Positions 1 to 7,500 of a stretch of DNA of 32,000 nt are shown piece after piece. The translations under genes and the position numbers were made by a program. The DNA is from Nostoc sp. PCC 7120 = FACHB-418 (GTDB lineage: Bacteria; Cyanobacteriota; Cyanobacteriia; Cyanobacteriales; Nostocaceae), in the NCBI RefSeq assembly GCF_000009705.1, contig NC_003272.1:5070001-5102000 (forward strand). The letters are read 5' to 3'. The stretch's first letter is position 1, and every line of letters starts with the position of its first letter. The notes below the pieces were generated by a model. That model did no database searches. It saw nothing but the letters and a program-made list of their open reading frames with translations, and was not told the DNA's origin.

Positions 1-903
1 GGTTTCAACAACGTGTCCCCGTGGAAAAAATCCCATTTGTTTATATAAACGCCCTACCAAACGGGCGATGGTCGTCTTACCTGTACCTGGGGGGCCGTAA
101 AGCATTAGGTGTAGTGAAGTGTCTACTATTTTTAGTCCTCGTTTTCTCCGTTCCGTTTGTACTTTCAAGTAGTTGGCTAAGGAGAAAAGTTGATGTTTAG
201 TTTGCTCATGCCCAACTAATGCCTTTAAGTCTGCAAACACAGCTTCTACAGTATCCTTTTCTGGGGGGTCATGCTCAACAAAAGAGGCTTTTGTCTCCTG
301 CTTAGAATCACGAGTATCACTATGACTATCAACCGATTCTTTTTCCGTATCGGGAGCGCTGACAATTAAACTATGGACTTTCATTTTGATTTTGTCATGA
401 ATCACAAAACCAAAATTTTTCCCTGAGACATCAACTAACTTATCGGCAGGAAATTTATCTACTAAAGTACTGTTGATATAGAACTCTACCATATTACCCA
501 CACGGGTAATTTCTAAAAGGTTAACCGAGTCACTACGGTGAATGCGATCGCACCTTTTCCAATCTGTGTAATTAATAAAGTTACCATCTTTGATTTCCGT
601 GATGCGATAGTGACCATTGCCCGAAATCACGAACTCAAAGAAATTGCTAACGTCTGACAATCCCCAGACAAAACCATAACCATGATCATCTACACCAGCA
701 GCTTTTTCTAGAACTATATGAATATGAAAATTCGTTCTCTCATAAAAGAACTCGGCTGAGTTCCACGATAGCCAATATGTATCACCTGCACGTTTATGGT
801 CAAATACATAATGACTCACGTCCATGCAAAGGCTACACTCTTCACTATCTCGTGTTACCCAGCTACAGCGATTGTCTTGAAAATGCTCTTCAAAAATCAG
901 CAT
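1..903 (-). CDS. AAA+ ATPase of the CbxX/SpoVK/EccA type. Only the first 301 codons are present because the gene runs off the left edge. It has a beta-rich ~190-aa N-terminal domain, an acidic/Ser-rich linker, and then the ATPase module.
   Basis: This ORF is absent from the supplied track because it has no stop inside the window. My own minus-strand translation from the ATG at 903-901 stays open to base 1. It reads MLIFEEHFQDNRCSWVTRDSEE...YGFVWGLSDVSNFFEFVISGNGHYRI...NLLEITRVGNMVEFYINSTLV...SAPDTEKESVDSHSDTRDSKQE...LKALVGHEQTKHQLFSLANYLKVQTERRKRGLKIVDTSLHLMLYGPPGTGKTTIARLVGRLYKQMGFFPRGHVVET. The Walker A motif GPPGTGKTT is encoded at 96-70. The segment preceding the P-loop is laid out as in CbxX/SpoVK-family ATPases. 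Confidence 0.8.
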   Translation of the reverse strand, partial: MLIFEEHFQDNRCSWVTRDSEECSLCMDVSHYVFDHKRAGDTYWLSWNSAEFFYERTNFHIHIVLEKAAGVDDHGYGFVWGLSDVSNFFEFVISGNGHYRITEIKDGNFINYTDWKRCDRIHRSDSVNLLEITRVGNMVEFYINSTLVDKFPADKLVDVSGKNFGFVIHDKIKMKVHSLIVSAPDTEKESVDSHSDTRDSKQETKASFVEHDPPEKDTVEAVFADLKALVGHEQTKHQLFSLANYLKVQTERRKRGLKIVDTSLHLMLYGPPGTGKTTIARLVGRLYKQMGFFPRGHVVET

Positions 904-1116
904 TGCGTTCCTCTGTAGCTCTGTGTGTAAAATCAGCTGCTAGCTATTTCACTCTAACAAGAGGTTTTATGATTTTATAACCCCTCTCCCTGGCAGAAGA
1001 GCCATTAACTTATTCAGCAACTTTCTAAATAAAACAGCAGCAATTTTAGACATCAGCTTGTTTTGTAAATGTTTACCGTGAATTAGCTGCTGTCTAGAAG
1101 CATCAACCTGTGATTT

Positions 1117-1149
1117 GAGGGGTGTAAGGGTGTAGGGGTGTAAGGGTTT
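1117..1149. repeat. Short GGTGTAAGGG-type repeat cluster (GAGGGGTGTAAGGGTGTAGGGGTGTAAGGGTTT), related to the core of the MITE-like element at 17219-17367.
   Basis: Direct reading shows three tandem GTRTARGGG-like units in the divergent AAA+/argJ intergenic region. The same GGTGTAAGGG/GGGGTGTAAGGGTTT strings occur at 17255-17290. Confidence 0.5.
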
Positions 1150-1282
1150 GAAAAATTTACATCCTTGTTCAAATCCCAGCCTCACCCAGAGAAGGCTAGG
1201 GCTGGTATTATTTACCAAGCAAGTTGCTTAACGCCGCGCTACCGCTAATAGTCCTTAGATTCTTTACTCTCCACAGATCAAA

Positions 1283-2446
1283 ATGTCACTAACTGCATCT
1301 TCCACACCTCAAGGATTTAGTACCTTTATTACTAATTTGGGTATACGTGATACTACTGAAGATTTTGTATTCTTACGATCAGATGTACCTTGTGTAGCTG
1401 ATGGCGTATTTACTCAAAGCCTTTTCGCTGGGCCTAGTGTGACTATTAGCCGTCAAAATTTACAAGATGGGCAAGCACAAGGGATTATTATAATTTCCAA
1501 AAATGCCAACGTTGCTAATGGTGCTGTGGGGATTGCTGATGCTCAAGAGATTATACAACTCGTGGCACAGGAAACTGGGATTGCTGCCGAAAATTTGGCG
1601 ATCGCATCCACTGGGGTAATTGGTAGACGTTACCCCATAGAAAAAATTCGCGCTGGCTTGGTGGGAATGGGTCAAAAACTAACTGCTGCCGATTTTGACT
1701 TAGCTGCACGGGGTATTATGACCACCGACACCGTATCTAAAATCGCTGCACGACAAGTTGGTAATGCCAAATTGGTGGGTATTGCTAAAGGTGTCGGCAT
1801 GATTGAGCCGAATATGGCGACAATGTTAGCTTTCTTTTTTACTGATGCCGCGATTTCTGCCAATACACTGCGTCAAATTTTTCGCTCTACCATAGATAAA
1901 ACATTTAATTGTTTAAGCATAGATACTGATACTTCTACTAGTGATAGTGCGGTAATTTTGGCGAATGGTTTAGCGGGTGAAGTTCCTGAAGCAGAATTTG
2001 CTAGTGCATTGCAAGAAATTGCCCATGATTTAGTGTTAAAAATTGCCCGTGATGGCGAAGGCGCAACTAAGGTAATTGAGGTAACCGTAGATTCAGCCGC
2101 TAACTATGCTCAAGCTAAACGAGTAGCTAAAGCCATTGTTAATTCACCACTAGTTAAGACTGCTGTGTATGGTGCAGATCCTAATTGGGGAAGAGTAGCT
2201 ATGGCAATAGGCAAATGTGAAGATGAACGGGATATTAATCCAGATCAGGTGGTAATTAGATTTGATGAAGTGCAAGTTTATCCTAATACTTTCCAAGCTG
2301 AAAACTTGGAGAAGTTAAAAGAAATTATGTCCAAAGAAAAAGTCAATATTCATGTAAGTTTGAATATCGGTACAGATGTGGCTACTGTATGGGGTTGCGA
2401 CTTGACAGAAGGTTACGTGGAAATTAACGGTAAGTACTCTACTTGA
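1283..2446 (+). CDS. argJ: ArgJ-family bifunctional ornithine acetyltransferase / N-acetylglutamate synthase.
   Basis: 387-aa ORF. It carries the KGVGMIEPNMATMLAFFFTDA motif, which includes the ATML self-cleavage site with the Thr nucleophile. The N-terminal GF..F.TNLGIR...DGVFTQS and the C-terminal WGCDLTEGYVEINGKYST are typical of ArgJ. Confidence 0.88.
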   Translation: MSLTASSTPQGFSTFITNLGIRDTTEDFVFLRSDVPCVADGVFTQSLFAGPSVTISRQNLQDGQAQGIIIISKNANVANGAVGIADAQEIIQLVAQETGIAAENLAIASTGVIGRRYPIEKIRAGLVGMGQKLTAADFDLAARGIMTTDTVSKIAARQVGNAKLVGIAKGVGMIEPNMATMLAFFFTDAAISANTLRQIFRSTIDKTFNCLSIDTDTSTSDSAVILANGLAGEVPEAEFASALQEIAHDLVLKIARDGEGATKVIEVTVDSAANYAQAKRVAKAIVNSPLVKTAVYGADPNWGRVAMAIGKCEDERDINPDQVVIRFDEVQVYPNTFQAENLEKLKEIMSKEKVNIHVSLNIGTDVATVWGCDLTEGYVEINGKYST

Positions 2447-2481
2447 GCAGGGGTGAGGGAGTGCTGAGTTCCCAGCCAATA

Positions 2482-2511
2482 GTCAACGATTCAGCTTTGC
2501 TCATCGTTGAC
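2482..2511 (+). terminator. Stem-loop downstream of argJ, a possible terminator or RNA-stability element.
   Basis: It has a perfect 9-bp stem (GTCAACGAT at 2482-2490, ATCGTTGAC at 2503-2511) with a 12-nt loop. No U-tract follows, so the terminator assignment is weak. Confidence 0.35.
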
Positions 2512-2710
2512 CCTGTTCCAATTAATGTAAATAAAGGGCTATAAATACTCTGTGGGCGTAAATGATGGCAAAACGAATATTCTATACAACCTGTGTAGGT
2601 GTTGCACCAAGAACCTCTATTTTCTTTGTTGCTTCTAACTGCTTCAAGGCAAGAGTCGCAGCTTCCAAATCGTAGGGAAAAGGTCTACAACAAGTAATAT
2701 AATCCCTTTC

Positions 2711-3052
2711 TTAAGGAGGTCGATGACGCAACACAGCATTCACCACTAAACATGGTTGCGAACTTAAATTGATTGCACCATGCAGCACCCCAGGAGGAAT
2801 CGTCACTACCATAGGATGGTTTTCACTTAGGGGAATATATTTATATTGCTTATTAATTAAAGTTACAAGTACAATCTGCCCTTTAACTACCAGTAATTGG
2901 TCAGTTTGTGATTTATGAACAAATAAGTCATCTATTGTATTTGGCGCGATTTGCACCAGCATTGTTTCATGACTTGTTTGAGGAGTAAAGAATTCAACCA
3001 TCCCCCCCTTTATTGACTCTAGCTGACGGATTTCAATTTCCCTAATACTCAT
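2711..3052 (-). CDS. Small cupin-fold protein (RmlC-like jelly roll) of unknown function.
   Basis: 113-aa ORF. The pattern LFVHKSQTDQLLVVKGQIVLV...VVTIPPGVLHGAINLS resembles single-domain cupins. See the finding on the in-frame TAA and the open frame beyond it. Confidence 0.6.
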   Translation of the reverse strand: MSIREIEIRQLESIKGGMVEFFTPQTSHETMLVQIAPNTIDDLFVHKSQTDQLLVVKGQIVLVTLINKQYKYIPLSENHPMVVTIPPGVLHGAINLSSQPCLVVNAVLRHRPP

Positions 3053-3513
3053 AAAAAAAATCCTATAGGAGCATCTTATGGATTGAACTTATACATCCAA
3101 TATTAGATGCTCAAAAAGAAAAAAGTGTGGCGAAAGTAACCAAATACAGTAAAGTTCAGTAACTCTACTGAGCGGATATATTCAAGCTGCTAGGTTCCGC
3201 AAGATTACCAGCAACAGGCAGTTCTGATGAAGTAAGATTATGCCCAGTAGTAGGATTTTTGTTAGCTCCAATTGGGTTGAAGGTTGAAAATTCTTGGTTC
3301 TTTTATCTGTAAGCAGTAGGGTAAGCGTTCTGGCTGGTTGCAGTAGATAGTGGAAAATGGGATATGTTGCTCAAAGTAAGAAAATTCTGCCCTTCGTTTC
3401 TTACTTTAGTTACCATATCAGAGCAATATCAGGAGTTTTGAGAGCCATTATTGTGCATCTCTATTGCGAAGTATTGGCTAGAACATATTTTCTAAGAACA
3501 CTGTAGAATTAAG

Positions 3514-4065
3514 TCACGATTTCTGCCATATCCGCTTAACTTCTACATAATCATTGCCAATCACGACATTATATATGTCTGGATTTGTCAAACGCTGCCA
3601 CTCAGCAAAACCTATCTGCTGGTGGAAATGTTTTAATAGCAGAGTCATTAAATTACCATGCGTGACAATAATCGTAGTCTTAGTATTGTGCAACAAAATT
3701 TCATTTACTACTGCAACTCCCCGTTGCATTGCGGCACGACTTGATTCACCACCTACCAAACATAAATCGAGATCGTCGAAAGTCTTGAGCAGATGGTCAC
3801 GCCAATCGGGAAGCACTGCTGTACTCAATACTCTTTCCCTGAGTCGATCATCAAGCTCAATAGTAATCCCAAGCCTGTCAGCAAGAGGTGTGATGGATTG
3901 ATACGCTCTAACAAAAGGACTAGAGACAATACGTTCAACATGAAATCTCGAAAAAAAATCTGCAAGTAAATTGGCTTGTACTATACCCTCTTGCGTGAGT
4001 GGTGCTTCAGGTTCTTGTCCTGATGCTTGACAGTGCCTAACTAAATAGAAAATTTTGTTTGACAA
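3514..4065 (-). CDS. Histidine phosphatase family protein (phosphoglycerate-mutase-like, branch 1).
   Basis: 183-aa ORF. The N-terminal FYLVRHCQASGQ contains the RH(G/C) catalytic His motif. It also has SSPFVRAYQS, GGES and the distal IIVTHGNLM His motif. Confidence 0.85.
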   Translation of the reverse strand: MSNKIFYLVRHCQASGQEPEAPLTQEGIVQANLLADFFSRFHVERIVSSPFVRAYQSITPLADRLGITIELDDRLRERVLSTAVLPDWRDHLLKTFDDLDLCLVGGESSRAAMQRGVAVVNEILLHNTKTTIIVTHGNLMTLLLKHFHQQIGFAEWQRLTNPDIYNVVIGNDYVEVKRIWQKS

Positions 4066-4581
4066 TGCTATTTATTGTCCAATAACAGATTTAAGTTTAA
4101 TTTCTCATATTCATGAATAACATACAAGCTTGGATACTTAAAAACCAATGTCGCGCAAGGAAGTTGCGCCGTAATAGATGTTGAAAGCTTTACAGATAAG
4201 GCTACAGAGCTAAATCAGAGAATTTTTTCTTAGTTTGTTTCTTAGTTTTAATCTTTTGCTAGCAGTTTCTTAACCTAGCTGGGATAGTTTGAGGGCATTG
4301 AAACCGAATAGCAGTTGGGATATGTAGCCATCTTATGGCATATATCCTGATTTTTGGTGGAGAGTGAGCGATCGCCTTAGGTCATCGCCTATCCTCCAAG
4401 TTTAGCTGATTTCTCTAACTGTAAACTGCATCTTTGCAGTTGATTTTGCTTTGCTGCCAAAAATAATGTCATTTACACTCCAAATTCCCAACGCTTCGGA
4501 CTTTGGGTCAATTTGTGCATTATTCAATCTTTTATCGGTGTAGCAACCCCCAAACTCTGGATGTAATTTGAAAACAAATTT

Positions 4582-7500
4582 ATGGTAAATACTACAGTCC
4601 GCTTTTCCCAGTTCAACGCGTCTCTCAACCGTAACGCTGAAGGTCAGTTAGTCAGCGATTTATCTACCCCTAATAACGCTCAAGCAAAGGCTGTAGCGGA
4701 AATCATCCAACGCAATAACCCGGATGTGTTGCTAATTAATGAGTTTGACTACGATAGTGAGAATCCTTTAGAAGCCGTTCAACTATTCCAACAAAATTAT
4801 CTAGGTGTGAGCCAAAATGGTGCAACGCCTGTTAATTATTCTTATGTTTACATTGCTCCCTCGAATACAGGTATTGCTTCTGGGTTTGACTTAAACAATA
4901 ACGGCGCAACCGTAACCACTCCAGGCGCACCAGGATATGGTGATGATGCTTTTGGTTTTGGTAATTTCCCTGGTCAATTCGGGATGTTGCTTTTATCCAA
5001 ATACCCGATTGATACGGCTAATATCCGCACCTTCCAAAATTTCTTATGGAAGGATATGCCAGATTCTTTATTATCTACTATCCAGAGTCCTGGTTCTCAA
5101 ACGCCTTGGTATTCACCGGAAGAACAAGCAGTTTTGCGCCTCTCTTCTAAAAGCCACTGGGATGTACCCATTTTGGTAAATGGTGAAACAGTTCATGTCC
5201 TAGTGAGTCACCCCACACCCCCAGTTTTTGATGGTGCAGAAGACCGCAACGGTAAACGCAACCATGACGAGATTCGTTTTTGGGCAGACTATATTACCCC
5301 TGGTGAGGGTGGTTATATTTATGATGATGCTGGGGGAACTGGCGGTTTAGCGGCTGGGTCGAGCTTTGTGATTATGGGTGATCAAAATGCTGACCCCTAT
5401 GATGGGGATAGTTTTGATAACGCTATTCTGCAATTGTTACAAAACCCTGGGATCAATACTAATGCCATTCCCAGCAGTCCCGGCGCGGCGCAACAGTCAG
5501 CCTTGCAAGGGGGAGCAAATACCAACCATCAAGGTAATCCTAGTTTTGACACAGCTGACTTTGCTGATACCACACCGGGTAACCTACGCTCAGATTATGT
5601 TTTACCTTCTACGGACTTGCAGATTACTAATTCACAAGTTTTTTGGCCTTTAAGTAATGATCCCACATTCCCCCCAGTGGGAACGTTTCCTTTCCCCAGT
5701 TCTGACCATCGCTTGGTGTCGGTTGATGTGCAGGTGGGGGCGACTGAAGCGGGTAAAACTATTACTGAGTTGGAGTTTCAAGGACAAACAACTTTCCCCA
5801 CAGGCTTTATTCCTACTGGTGCGGCTGGGGCAGTTAATGGGTTATCAGTCCCGGTGGGTGGATTATCCGGTGTTACATATAATGCAGCTAACAACCGTTA
5901 TTATGCCATCTCTGACGATCGCTCACAATTTGCCCCTGCGCGTTTTTATACTTTCACAAGCAATGGTGGTGTAACTTTTACTGATGTTACTACTCTCAAA
6001 GATAGCAATGGTGATACTTTCCCTTTAAATAGTCTTGACCCAGAAGGTATTGCTTTAACTAATAATGGGACTGTATTTATCTCCTCCGAAGGTGAGGCAA
6101 ATCCTAGCGCTGGTCGGGTGACCAATCCCTTTATTAAAGAGTTTTCCTTAACCACAGGTCAAGAAGTGCGATCGCTTTTTGTACCTACAAAGTTTCTCCC
6201 TATCGTCCAGGATACTAATAATAACGGTATTGTTGATGCTGGTGATACCCAAACATCAGGGGTTCGTAATAACCTAGCCTTTGAAAGCCTCACCATCACA
6301 CCAGACCAAAAAACTTTATTCACCGCGACAGAAAACGCCCTCCTCCAAGATGGTGTTAGGGCTTCTCTCACTAGTGGTAGCCGTTCGCGGATTCTGCAAT
6401 ATAACTTAGTTAGTGGTCAGCCAGAGAAAGAATATCTTTATATTACAGATGCGATCGCTGCATCGCCAAATCCAACCACAGGCTTTAGTGATAATGGTTT
6501 GGTAGATTTGCTGGCGATTGATAACCGTGGTACTTTGTTAGCGGTGGAACGTTCCTTTGCTCAAGGTGTGGGGAATACGATCAAAATTTACGAAATTTCT
6601 CTGCAAGGTGCGACTGATATTAGCACCATTAACTCCCTCGATAGTCTGAACCCCACAGAATTTGCAACTATTCAACCCGCCCAAAAGCGCCTACTGTTAA
6701 ATCTCAATGACCTCAACCTACCCAATGGTACAGACAACATCGAGGGTATTAGCTTCGGCCCCACACTAGCTGATGGTAGTCAATCGATTGTCTTGGTGAG
6801 TGATAACAACTTTAGCGGTACGCAATTTACGCAAATCCTCACCTTGAGTGCAGAGATAGTTCCTACAGTTACGCCGACAGTAGAAACTCGCCCTGATTTA
6901 CTTGACGATGATAATCCGTCAATTCCAGTAATTGACCAAAATGCTGATGCTGATGACCCAGCAATTTATGTGAATGCAACGAATCCCGATGCTAGCCTCG
7001 TCATAACTTCAGTGAAAAATGCGGGATTGCGGGTTTATGACTTGTCAGGGAACTTATTGCAGAGTGTTAATCCTGGCGGTATTCGCTACAACAACGTTGA
7101 TTTACAATACGGCTTTCAATTGGGTGGTCAATCTATAGATATAGCCGTAGCGAGCGATCGCCAAAATGATAAGCTAGTATTCTTCAAAATTAACCCCAAT
7201 CCCACAACCCCCGGTCAATATCTAGAAAACATCACCGACAGTAATCTTGGGACTCTCTTCCAAGGCGCACCCTTTGCAGCGCCTTATTCCTCTTCTTCCC
7301 GCAGCGCTTACGGTCTAGCTTTGTACCGTAGCCCCATCACGAATGATTATTACGTCTTTGTCAATCGCCGCCAAACTGGAGACATCGCCCAGTTCAAACT
7401 CATAGACCAAGGTAATGGCAAAATTGGGACGCAATTAATCCGACAGTTCACCATCCCCACAGATGCGGGAATTGACCCCCAAACTGAAGGGATGGTGGTA

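Noticed and set aside
777-1218. Track ORFs 777-980 (+) and 967-1218 (-).
   Set aside because: The first is antisense to the well-supported AAA+ ATPase N-terminus. The second runs through the GTAAGGG repeat cluster in a divergent promoter region and has no motifs or plausible start context.
3053-3513. A 460-bp spacer of normal GC content with local hairpins (GAGCATCT...AGATGCTC at ~3069-3113 and AGTAAGAAA...TTTCTTACT at ~3376-3406) and a 50-codon stop-free frame on the minus strand (NQEFSTFNPIGANKNPTTGHNL...), considered as a gene remnant or ncRNA.
   Set aside because: The open frame has no start codon and is low-complexity. The hairpins are short and unaccompanied by U-tracts or recognisable riboswitch or sRNA motifs. 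I cannot support a call without comparative or expression data.
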